From: an uncultured virus (IMG/VR IMGVR_UViG_3300005573_000084)
Lineage: Duplodnaviria > Heunggongvirae > Uroviricota > Caudoviricetes
Virus record (IMG/VR): IMGVR_UViG_3300005573_000084
DNA: 64,000 nucleotides
Strand: one strand, 5' to 3'
Shown here: piece after piece, positions 30,712 through 38,785 of the stretch
Position numbering within the stretch: the first letter of the stretch is position 1
Layout: the number at the start of each line of letters is the position of its first letter
Notes under the pieces: model-generated
Database searches by the model: none
Told to the model about the DNA's origin: nothing
Seen by the model: only the letters and a program-made list of their open reading frames with translations
Program-made: the position numbers and the translations under genes

Positions 30712-31227
30712 ATGATTAGAAGTGATATAGTAATTAATTGGGAAACTAGACCAAGAATAATAACCATATTAGCTCCATCTACTGAAGTAATATTACAAGA
30801 TCTTTATGATACCATTAGAGCTTTAGAAGATGATCCTGAGAATATGGATGATGATTATATTGCTTCTGGATCGGGGAAAGAACCTTTAGGAGGAGGTGTT
30901 TATGTTGGTTTAACAGTTACATTAAATAATGCTCAAGTTGCCTTTGAGAGTAGACCTGGGCCAGAATTTGTGCAATGTAAAATATATGGAGGAAACTTAG
31001 TGGCATTTGATAAAGATGGAAATACTATTTCTCCTGTTCATGCTACACCATATACACAAGTTATTTTAACATCATCATCTTCTGCAATTATAATAGGTGT
31101 AGAGCCAACATCAATTAGAAATGCTGTATGGGATGCATCTATTCTTAATCATCAGATACCAGGTACTACAGGAAAAACATTATCTGACATAGTAAAAAAG
31201 ATTATTCCATTCTTTTTTGCCAAATAA
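30712..31227 (+). CDS. Putative virion structural protein
   Basis: QDLYDTIR...SGKEPLGGG and IRNAVWDA motifs; same island. Confidence 0.6.
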   Translation: MIRSDIVINWETRPRIITILAPSTEVILQDLYDTIRALEDDPENMDDDYIASGSGKEPLGGGVYVGLTVTLNNAQVAFESRPGPEFVQCKIYGGNLVAFDKDGNTISPVHATPYTQVILTSSSSAIIIGVEPTSIRNAVWDASILNHQIPGTTGKTLSDIVKKIIPFFFAK

Positions 31228-31232
31228 AATAT

Positions 31233-31610
31233 TTAAAATAGAGGTTTATTCTTAGAAAAATTCTCAGTCTCATCAGATATATTCCACTCTTCTACTTTTA
31301 TTCCAAGTTTCTCTTCTATCCAATCTGCTACAATTTTTCTATGGCAAAATGTGTTATCTTTTTCCCAACATAAAAGAACATTATCTTTAAGAGTATTATA
31401 TATGCTCTGAGCATCTAATTTATCTAAAACTTCTTTTCTATAAGATTCTTTGTATTGTTCCCATGTAATTTGTTTATTTTTAATCGCAAAAAATAGATTT
31501 CTTGGAGGAGCTAAAGCTGGAAATGTTGCTCCATTCCAATCATAAGGAGGGTATAAACATATTGCCACTCCCATATCACCTGTATAACATTTAAAACAAC
31601 TAGTTTTCAT
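31233..31610 (-). CDS. DUF488-family protein
   Basis: LAPP, W..Y...Y..EVL, LLCWEK..FCHR motifs. Confidence 0.75.
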   Translation of the reverse strand: MKTSCFKCYTGDMGVAICLYPPYDWNGATFPALAPPRNLFFAIKNKQITWEQYKESYRKEVLDKLDAQSIYNTLKDNVLLCWEKDNTFCHRKIVADWIEEKLGIKVEEWNISDETENFSKNKPLF

Positions 31611-31792
31611 GAAAAGAATTCATAGAATATTCCCATTATTACCGCGCATACAAAGAATATGAGGGCAAATTCAATAAGCATATTTTTAAGATGTTTTTTA
31701 AAAGGTTCATCGGGTATCATAAATTTAGATAAAAATACTCCTGCTGATACACAGAGCAAATACAATAAGAAAATTCCTACAAAAAGTTTCAT
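31607..31792 (-). CDS. Small 2-TM membrane protein
   Basis: Two hydrophobic helices; ATGA overlap with the DUF488 gene. Confidence 0.6.
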   Translation of the reverse strand: MKLFVGIFLLYLLCVSAGVFLSKFMIPDEPFKKHLKNMLIEFALIFFVCAVIMGIFYEFFS

Positions 31793-31828
31793 AATTATTT
31801 ATTTTTAATGGTTTTATAATTTAGTTCA

Positions 31829-32662
31829 TTATTTAAATCCTATTTTAACTTTATCTTTATCTTTCAATTTTGCATTATTATCTTTTCCATAAAAATAAAT
31901 ATCTGAAAGTTTCATTGGTTCTTTAACTTCAACATCTTTATGCCCTAAAGATTCTAATAATTTCTTTGATTTTTCAATACTTAATCTTTCAAATTTATAA
32001 TGCATTAATAATCTTCCTTTTCTTAATAAAGCGTCATCTATATTATCGGCAGATGTGTTAAATGTTGCAATTACAGATATATTTAAACAATCTGAAAGAA
32101 GCCCATCAGTTAAATTGAGAATATTTGTTACAGCAGAGCTTCTTCCCTTTTCTCTTTTTTCTAGAGCAGGTTCTGCATCTTCTATTATTAAAATTGAATT
32201 ATTGTTATTCATCAAAAATGGTATAAACGCGGGATCTGTTATAGAACTTACCATATCTGAAGAAATAAAAATAATATCTTTCCTCAATTTAGAAGCCAAA
32301 TATCTTAAATATGTAGTATTATGAGACAAAATGCCATTAGTGTAATATCTTTTATTAGATTCAGAATCTAATTCAAGATCATACATATTTTCATATTTAG
32401 ATGTTTTTTCTATCGATAAAACTTTAGTTGGGCCATCAATAGATTCAATAATATCATTAGGTTTTAAATCTTTAACAAAAACCTCTTTATTATTACTAAA
32501 AACTATATGATTATCTGCACAAAAAAGATCATGTAATTCAGTTTTTAAATGATAAATTTGATATTTAACCGTTTTATGAATTGCTTCAATATTAACCCAG
32601 CCACTATCAGTTAATACTTCGTATTCATCTATCTTTTTTGATTCAATAAATTTTTTATTCAT
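31829..32662 (-). CDS. Split-intein C fragment (115 aa) fused to the AAA+ ATPase C-extein
   Basis: VLTDSGW...CADNH...YDLEL...YYTNGILSHN|TT, then Walker B IIEDAE, LNLTDGLL, ATFN, IDDALLRKGRL. Confidence 0.9.
   Translation of the reverse strand: MNKKFIESKKIDEYEVLTDSGWVNIEAIHKTVKYQIYHLKTELHDLFCADNHIVFSNNKEVFVKDLKPNDIIESIDGPTKVLSIEKTSKYENMYDLELDSESNKRYYTNGILSHNTTYLRYLASKLRKDIIFISSDMVSSITDPAFIPFLMNNNNSILIIEDAEPALEKREKGRSSAVTNILNLTDGLLSDCLNISVIATFNTSADNIDDALLRKGRLLMHYKFERLSIEKSKKLLESLGHKDVEVKEPMKLSDIYFYGKDNNAKLKDKDKVKIGFK
32318..32662 (-). mobile_element. IntC of an atypically split intein (long C fragment)
   Basis: Contains blocks B, F and G, ends His-Asn, +1 residue is Thr. Confidence 0.88.
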
Positions 32663-32692
32663 TATTTAAAAATTTTATCTTAATAAAAATTG

Positions 32693-33628
32693 CTAAATAT
32701 CCATCAAATCTTCAATGTTAATTTCTTCAGATATACCGGTTTTTTTATTTCTTACTATTATCTTGGTTTTTCCGATTACACATTTTCCTACTCCAGGTTC
32801 TCCACTTAATATAACTAAACTTGTTTTATTTTTATTATTTAAACCTGAAATAATTTTTTCGGAAAATTCTTTAAAATCATCATTGTAATTTTTATCTATA
32901 TCTATCTTAACCTTTTTTATATCAAAACGTATTTTATCAAATCCACCATTAGTCTGATAAACTATATATATTTTATTCTTTTCAACAGTAGTTTTTAAGA
33001 AATATTTTCTAATTATACACATTAACTTATAAAAATCTGAATTTGGGTCTTTCTCTTCTTTTGGGTCATAATATATTATACAGCCATGTCCATCTTCAAC
33101 ATAAAGTAGTTTTTTAGAGAATGCTATTGATAACATAGAAGTAATTATTGGTTTTGAGTGAGCTGTGTAATTCTCATAACTAATGGATTTATTATAAGAA
33201 TATATAGGAGGTTTCAAATATTTTAAAATATTATTTACAAATCTAGATGAATCAAAATAAGTTATTTTAAGAATATTAGGAAAAATATTATTGATTTTAT
33301 TATACGCATATGAAAAAAAGTTTGATTCAGAATACGCAGATAAATATGATTCAAATGCTTTATTAGCATCCGGAAAAAATTTATTAATTTCATAATAAGG
33401 AAAATTTTCTATAGAAGAAATACTTTTCTTGGGATAGTATTTAATATTAAATAGAGATGTTTGTTTTAAAGTTTCTTCTTCAAATCTATCAGACTCATTA
33501 GCGTTTTCAAGATTTATATTCATATCATTTTGTATTTCGTTTAACACAACTTTATTAACCTCCTCTAATAATTGAGGAGATAACTTTATATTCTTTTCTT
33601 CCAAAAATTTCATTTCCCTTCTAGCCAT
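32693..33628 (-). CDS. AAA+ ATPase N-extein fused to a 29-aa intein N fragment
   Basis: Ends ILSGEPGVGK|CVIGKTKIIVRNKKTGISEEINIEDLMDI*. Confidence 0.88.
   Translation of the reverse strand: MARREMKFLEEKNIKLSPQLLEEVNKVVLNEIQNDMNINLENANESDRFEEETLKQTSLFNIKYYPKKSISSIENFPYYEINKFFPDANKAFESYLSAYSESNFFSYAYNKINNIFPNILKITYFDSSRFVNNILKYLKPPIYSYNKSISYENYTAHSKPIITSMLSIAFSKKLLYVEDGHGCIIYYDPKEEKDPNSDFYKLMCIIRKYFLKTTVEKNKIYIVYQTNGGFDKIRFDIKKVKIDIDKNYNDDFKEFSEKIISGLNNKNKTSLVILSGEPGVGKCVIGKTKIIVRNKKTGISEEINIEDLMDI
32696..32782 (-). mobile_element. IntN of an atypically split intein (29 aa)
   Basis: Block A C-V-x-G-x-T-x-I directly after the Walker A lysine; ends IEDL like TerL-type atypical IntN fragments. 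Confidence 0.85.
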
Positions 33629-34149
33629 TTTTTTCTTTTATTTGATGAATCACCGAATGCTATTTCTAAAAAACGATTAGCGCTTCTATCCTCAAGAATC
33701 ATAAACAACGTTTTATTATTCATCACATACTCCCAATCCTTTAAAGAAAGAGAACCGAGGCCCTTTAAATATTTAACGTTACTAACCTTATGTGTTTTTG
33801 CAAACTCATTAAAATCATCCAGTGTAAAAAAATACTTTTTCTCTTTTTCAAAATCACAAGATACTAAAGGAGTTATTATCCTATAAAGTTTTTTATTTTC
33901 TATTATATGAGGAAACCATTTATGAAAAAAGTTAATAATTAAAGATGATATATGTTGGCCATCACAATTATGTGCCAATACTTTATGATCTTCATCTAAA
34001 TAAATGTAAAATGTATGATCATCTTTTACAGTTATATCATACATAGTTGTTTCCTTTTTAACTTTTCTTATAGATGTAGGATGAGCTAGTTTAAATTTCG
34101 ATAAATCTATATTCATACTTCTATTATTTGTGTTTTTTATTTCATTCAT
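33610..34149 (-). CDS. Split-intein C fragment fused to the topoisomerase II B-subunit C-terminal part (gp60-like)
   Basis: MYDITVKDDHTF...LAHN|CDGQHI..., ITPLV, KYLKGLGS, RKKWL. Confidence 0.9.
   Translation of the reverse strand: MNEIKNTNNRSMNIDLSKFKLAHPTSIRKVKKETTMYDITVKDDHTFYIYLDEDHKVLAHNCDGQHISSLIINFFHKWFPHIIENKKLYRIITPLVSCDFEKEKKYFFTLDDFNEFAKTHKVSNVKYLKGLGSLSLKDWEYVMNNKTLFMILEDRSANRFLEIAFGDSSNKRKKWLEGK
33967..34149 (-). mobile_element. IntC of a canonically split intein (50-61 aa)
   Basis: Blocks F and G, terminal His-Asn, +1 Cys; basic N-terminal half. Confidence 0.85.
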
Positions 34150-35869
34150 TTTTTAAAAGTAAAAAATCAGTTTCTCTTAAATCTTTTGCAAAAATTTCTT
34201 GTATCTCATTATCTCTATATACGACTAAAATATGATACTCAGAACAATTTATTTTTTTACCATCAATTTCTATTTCAATGCTTTCTTCCTTTTTTGTTTC
34301 TACTATTTTTTCTATATTTTTAAATTCACCAGAATGTGTTAAAACTTTATCACTATATGTTAAATCTTTAATCTTTTTGTTACCATTTTCTGTAATTACT
34401 AATGAATTTTCATCTATACAATCTTCATCTGTAGCAATTATAATTTTATCAAATGTTGGCAACTTTTTGTTTCCAGGTTCTATTTCTAATATGCTTATTA
34501 TATCCATCCATTCAGTGCTTGCGGTAAGATCAGATAATTTACGAACATTTTTTATTTTTCCTTTTATTGCATATATACCTTCATTCTCAGAATCTCTTGC
34601 TTGTTTAAGAGATCCTGATGCAGATAACCCCTCAGTTATATAAAGATGTTGTTTATATCTGGATGGAGGAGTATATTTATCAGATATTTTACGCTTAGAT
34701 TGTTTTTGAGCTCTTTTTATTTTATTTATATTTTCATTATGCAATCTATCTTCTATAGCCTTTTCTATATTTTTAGATATTTGAGAATTTTGTAAAACTC
34801 TTAAAAGTTTACTCTTGAATCTTTCAGTTAATTGTTCTTCTATTTCTCCTCTAGATACTGCAAATTTTGTTTTATTTTGATCTGCAAATCTCATTAATGT
34901 AGAAGGTACATTTAGAATAATTAGTGTTTCATAGAAATGATGAGAAAAATTATATTTAAAGTAATCATTAACCCAATCATTTACAATCTTCTGGTGAATT
35001 CCAGTACACTGAGATCCATTAACAAATGATAATGAACATGAATTCTCATAAGATTCCCATAAATAAATTGAGCCGAAAGAATTTGAAATAACAATATGTT
35101 CTTTTGGAATAAAATTTGATATCACTTCTATGGGATATTCATTTCCATTTTCTATAAAATATCCATGAAGGTTAAGCTTACTAATAACAGGGTCTCTTTC
35201 GATAAGAAACTTTTTAAATGACAGATAAGTAATTATTAAATCTTTATCCCATTTATAATCTGGAAATATATCTGGAGATGGTATAAATGATATTTTAGTT
35301 CCAGTTTTTTCATCAGAGTTTCTTTTTCTTATTTCTTCATCTACAACTTTAAAATTATCCCAAACAAATCTTACATAATGCGTTTTATTAACTGTTTCAA
35401 CAGCAAATTTTTGTGACAATATATTCGTTACAGCAGCACCCAGACCAAAAGTTCCAAGTATATTCGTAGAAGTATCTATAAAATTTGACCCCGCATGAAG
35501 ATCTTCTAGAGCAGTACGAACAACATTCTTATTTGTTTTAGGATGTTTTTTTGCAGCATTATGAAAACCCAATCCTTCATCTATTACAGTAACCTCATTA
35601 TTATCATTGTTAATTTTAATAATGATATTTTTCATTTTTCCTTTACAGCGCTTAGCTTCATCTAATGCATTTTCAAGTATCTCTATCAGTAATTGATAAA
35701 ACCCCGGAGAATATTTTTTTTCTATATTTAAAAGTTTTCCATTAATAACTAACGGATATTTTTCTTCTATGTTAGCAATTTGCCCCACATATAATGTAGG
35801 ACGCAATCGTATAGCATCAAAATTACTAAGTGCTATAATTTCTTTATTATTAGTAATATTTTTCAACAT
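34142..35869 (-). CDS. Type II topoisomerase B subunit (gp39/GyrB-like) N part fused to an intein N fragment
   Basis: IRLRPTLYVG, EILENALDE, DEGLG, LHAGSNF, GTFGLGA, TEGLSA, KGKIKN, IIIATDED|C. Confidence 0.93.
   Translation of the reverse strand: MLKNITNNKEIIALSNFDAIRLRPTLYVGQIANIEEKYPLVINGKLLNIEKKYSPGFYQLLIEILENALDEAKRCKGKMKNIIIKINNDNNEVTVIDEGLGFHNAAKKHPKTNKNVVRTALEDLHAGSNFIDTSTNILGTFGLGAAVTNILSQKFAVETVNKTHYVRFVWDNFKVVDEEIRKRNSDEKTGTKISFIPSPDIFPDYKWDKDLIITYLSFKKFLIERDPVISKLNLHGYFIENGNEYPIEVISNFIPKEHIVISNSFGSIYLWESYENSCSLSFVNGSQCTGIHQKIVNDWVNDYFKYNFSHHFYETLIILNVPSTLMRFADQNKTKFAVSRGEIEEQLTERFKSKLLRVLQNSQISKNIEKAIEDRLHNENINKIKRAQKQSKRKISDKYTPPSRYKQHLYITEGLSASGSLKQARDSENEGIYAIKGKIKNVRKLSDLTASTEWMDIISILEIEPGNKKLPTFDKIIIATDEDCIDENSLVITENGNKKIKDLTYSDKVLTHSGEFKNIEKIVETKKEESIEIEIDGKKINCSEYHILVVYRDNEIQEIFAKDLRETDFLLLKNE
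34145..34420 (-). mobile_element. IntN of a canonically split intein (92 aa)
   Basis: CIDENSLVITENG..IKDL...VLTHSG...CSEYH...AKDL, then stop; acidic C-terminal half. Confidence 0.85.
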
Positions 35870-35930
35870 GTATGTTTCTTGTAATTTTTATATATTTTAT
35901 ATTTACAAAAAGTTTTTTGAAAAACGTCGA

Positions 35931-36248
35931 TCATCGAGAGTGTCGAGATACCGTTTTTTTAGTATTAACCAACCTATATCCTTTAGAAGCTCTTTCAAAA
36001 TATTGCTCTTTTTCTTCTTTTGGTAATGAATTTAATGCTATTTTTTTGTTTTTATTTTTTTCATATGATAATTTTTTCTTATTAGTACTATTCTTGTTTT
36101 TAAGATCAATATAATTGATTACATTAAGTAAAAAAGCAAATGACATCAATAGAGCCAATAAAAAATATCCACTCTCAAATGTAAATAGAGCCGCAATTAA
36201 AGTTGTGATAATTGATATCCAATACATAGTAGTTACAAAGGTTCTCAT
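35931..36248 (-). CDS. Small membrane protein
   Basis: Two N-terminal TM helices and a basic tail. Confidence 0.6.
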   Translation of the reverse strand: MRTFVTTMYWISIITTLIAALFTFESGYFLLALLMSFAFLLNVINYIDLKNKNSTNKKKLSYEKNKNKKIALNSLPKEEKEQYFERASKGYRLVNTKKTVSRHSR

Positions 36249-36390
36249 TTGTTTTTTATTTTATATTAAAAATTCATAATAAGTTTTATGGCAAACGTTG
36301 ATCATTAAGTTTATCGAGAAACTCTCTTTTAACAATTGAAAATGTTTTCGTAATTGTTTTTTATTTTATATACATAAGTTGATACATAGT

Positions 36391-37239
36391 TTATTTTACA
36401 TTAAAAAATAAATTTTCTGCTGTTTGCCACAGTTTAATGTTAAAGTCAATATTTCTGGCAGCATTGTTTATACCACGAGGCTTTGTTCTACGTCCGGAAA
36501 GAGTTTGACGATCAAATTCTCCTTTTACGAGACGTTCTTGAATGATATTAAAAATTGTCCAAAGATCATTTCTATTATCTTCTTCACGAATAGGCTTAAC
36601 GATTTGCGCAGGGTTTACTATTTTTGTAGCTTTTACCATATCAATAGAACCATCATCCTTAATGAATACGTGAGGTTCTCTAATTGCGATTGCATTTATT
36701 GCTAACTCCTCTTTTTGAGATTGATTAAGAATGATATTTTGCATTTCAGAAACATGTACTCCAATGTTTTTATACTGATCCGAAATAACTTCCAATATCT
36801 TCTTAAGCTCTTCTGTCTTTATTCCTATGTGTCTGAGCTTAACAGCAGTAAACATTCCTGGCATAGAAACTACAAGACCATTTGTGCAAATGAGTCTAAA
36901 CAAACCAAGAAAAATCTGAGCATTAGAAACTCCATTATGCGAGTTATCAAGAATGATTTGTGGTCTGACTTTATCAGACTTAATGTCTAAGAAACCAAGA
37001 TCTGGATGTACAAAACGAATAACATGTCTAGCATAGTCATTAGACCCATGTTGACGAACATGTGTAAGTTGCCAGCCAAGTTTAAGAAAAGATTCTATCA
37101 ATTCTCTGGTTGAAACAAAAGAATATCGATCAGAAACTTTAGGACTCTTGGTATCTGCAAAAGCAGCAGGAGCATAGATCTTAAGATCTTCAATTCCAGA
37201 AACTGGATAACCAATGTTAGTTAATAATTTTGTTTCCAT
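36391..37239 (-). CDS. DUF932/DUF945-family protein
   Basis: SDRYSFVST, NSHNG, GLFRLICTNGLV, DLWTIFNIIQE, N..LW motifs. Confidence 0.85.
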   Translation of the reverse strand: METKLLTNIGYPVSGIEDLKIYAPAAFADTKSPKVSDRYSFVSTRELIESFLKLGWQLTHVRQHGSNDYARHVIRFVHPDLGFLDIKSDKVRPQIILDNSHNGVSNAQIFLGLFRLICTNGLVVSMPGMFTAVKLRHIGIKTEELKKILEVISDQYKNIGVHVSEMQNIILNQSQKEELAINAIAIREPHVFIKDDGSIDMVKATKIVNPAQIVKPIREEDNRNDLWTIFNIIQERLVKGEFDRQTLSGRRTKPRGINNAARNIDFNIKLWQTAENLFFNVK

Positions 37240-37268
37240 GATAATATGTGTTTAAGAATTATTTGTAA

Positions 37269-37303
37269 TGCAAATATAATCAATTTTTTTGACATAAAAA
37301 ATT
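37269..37303 (-). promoter_or_regulatory. Bacteroidota-type (-7 TAnnTTTG) promoter, copy 2
   Basis: Minus strand ATGTCA-N7-TGATTATATTTGCA, about 30 nt upstream of the DUF932 start. Confidence 0.7.
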
Positions 37304-37459
37304 TTTTTAACTTTTTTGAAAAAAATTTCTTAATTCATTAAAAATGAAATATTTAGATATAAGCTCATTTATATACACATATTTATATATTTATATGTGT
37401 TAATATTTTTAAAAAAACAACAAAATTAAAATATATAAACAAAAATAACTACATTTAAC

Positions 37460-37855
37460 ATGATACTTCCCGGAAATGAAATAAATACATTACCAGTCAT
37501 ACAATATGATGAGGTCAAAGGAACTATACATATAAAAGGTAGATCAATAGGTTTACAAACTCAAGAATACTTTGAAGAGTTTTTTACTTATTTCAAAGAT
37601 TGTGTAGAAAAATTTCCAATAAATTTAGATATCACATTTGAGTTAGATTACTTTAACACAGTAACTTCTAAAATGATATGTCACTTTCTGTACATGGTAA
37701 AAACTTATATAATAGATAAAGGATTTAAAGCTAACATAACATGGATATACGAAGAAGATGATGAGGATCAAAAGGAATCGGGTGAAAACTTTCAAATATT
37801 AACAGGTTTAAAATTTAATATGATGAGTAAGCCTTCAAAATTTGAGAGATTTTAA
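37460..37855 (+). CDS. SiaC-family (DUF1987) regulatory phosphoprotein
   Basis: P.I..D...G.I.IKGRS, LDYFNTVTSK, W.YEEDDED..ESGE.F. Confidence 0.8.
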   Translation: MILPGNEINTLPVIQYDEVKGTIHIKGRSIGLQTQEYFEEFFTYFKDCVEKFPINLDITFELDYFNTVTSKMICHFLYMVKTYIIDKGFKANITWIYEEDDEDQKESGENFQILTGLKFNMMSKPSKFERF

Positions 37856-37858
37856 AAA

Positions 37859-38128
37859 AACTTTAACGCAACTTTAACACACAAAGTGAAACTTTTTCGA
37901 AAGTAACCATATAATTAGTACCTAAGCCCCCCGGAAGGTATGGATCTAGAGCTTAGCTTAGAATATCTGGATTCTCAGGAGACTCGAGACTCTCGGGGGC
38001 GAATTTCTACTAAATTACTAAAAATTTCTCTTGAGTGAGATTTTCTATTGAATTGCTGAAAATTTCTCTTAAGTGAGATTATTTAAATATCTATCAGTTA
38101 ACTTTAACAAAACTTTAACAAAACTTTT
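37859..38128. other. Structured non-coding (or micro-ORF) region with GC-rich stem and iterated repeats
   Basis: aactttaac x4; gccccccg...cgggggc inverted repeat; two copies of aaatttctctt(g/a)agtgagatt. Confidence 0.5.
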
Positions 38129-38273
38129 TAAACAATTGTGTATATATATTTATGAAAAAAAAAAATAAAAATAATGACTTAAGAGCATTATTTTATTTTT
38201 TTTAATTGTTTAACATTGGCTGGATCTTATGACTGGCCTAACTAAAATAAACTTATCTAAGGAGGGTTTAACT

Positions 38274-38729
38274 ATGACAAACATTGCAAAATTCATTCAA
38301 TCAGATTTTAGCAGAATGCTTGAACCGTGGGACATCCTTTTCAAGGATATTTTCTCTACAGATTCCTTTTTTCTTCCTATAACAAATTCTGAAATTCATT
38401 ATCCAGTAGATATCTATGAAGATAAAAAAAATATGTTCATAGAAATTGCTGCTGCTGGACTAAATAAAGAAGATATTGATATTGAGAAAGAAGACAGCAC
38501 AATATATGTATCTTATTCAAAAGAAGAAAAAGAAGAAAAAGAAGAAAAAGAATTTAACTACTTTAAGCGAGGAATTGCTAGAAGATCATTTGATTTTAGT
38601 TGGAAGCTTTCACCTGATAAATTTGATTTAGATAAAATAGAAGCAACAATGGATAAAGGAATCTTAAAGATTCAAATTCCTAAAAAAGCTGCATCTGAAA
38701 TTGTAAAAAACAAAATTAAAATTAAATGA
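38274..38729 (+). CDS. Small heat-shock protein (Hsp20/alpha-crystallin)
   Basis: YPVDIYE, IEIAAAGL.KEDIDI, RGIARRSF, A.MDKGILKIQIPK; AAGGAGG upstream of ATG 38274. Confidence 0.93.
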   Translation: MTNIAKFIQSDFSRMLEPWDILFKDIFSTDSFFLPITNSEIHYPVDIYEDKKNMFIEIAAAGLNKEDIDIEKEDSTIYVSYSKEEKEEKEEKEFNYFKRGIARRSFDFSWKLSPDKFDLDKIEATMDKGILKIQIPKKAASEIVKNKIKIK

Positions 38730-38756
38730 AAAAATAAAAATAATGCTCTTAAGTCA

Positions 38757-38785
38757 AAGGGAGAGAAACACTCTCCCTTTTTTTA
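38757..38785. terminator. Bidirectional intrinsic terminator
   Basis: aaagggagag-aaaca-ctctccctttttt between convergent genes. Confidence 0.8.

Noticed and set aside
32663..32695. TAG read-through or alternative genetic code joining the AAA intein halves
   Set aside because: An in-frame TAA (32675-32677) follows the TAG, and other complete genes end normally at TAG
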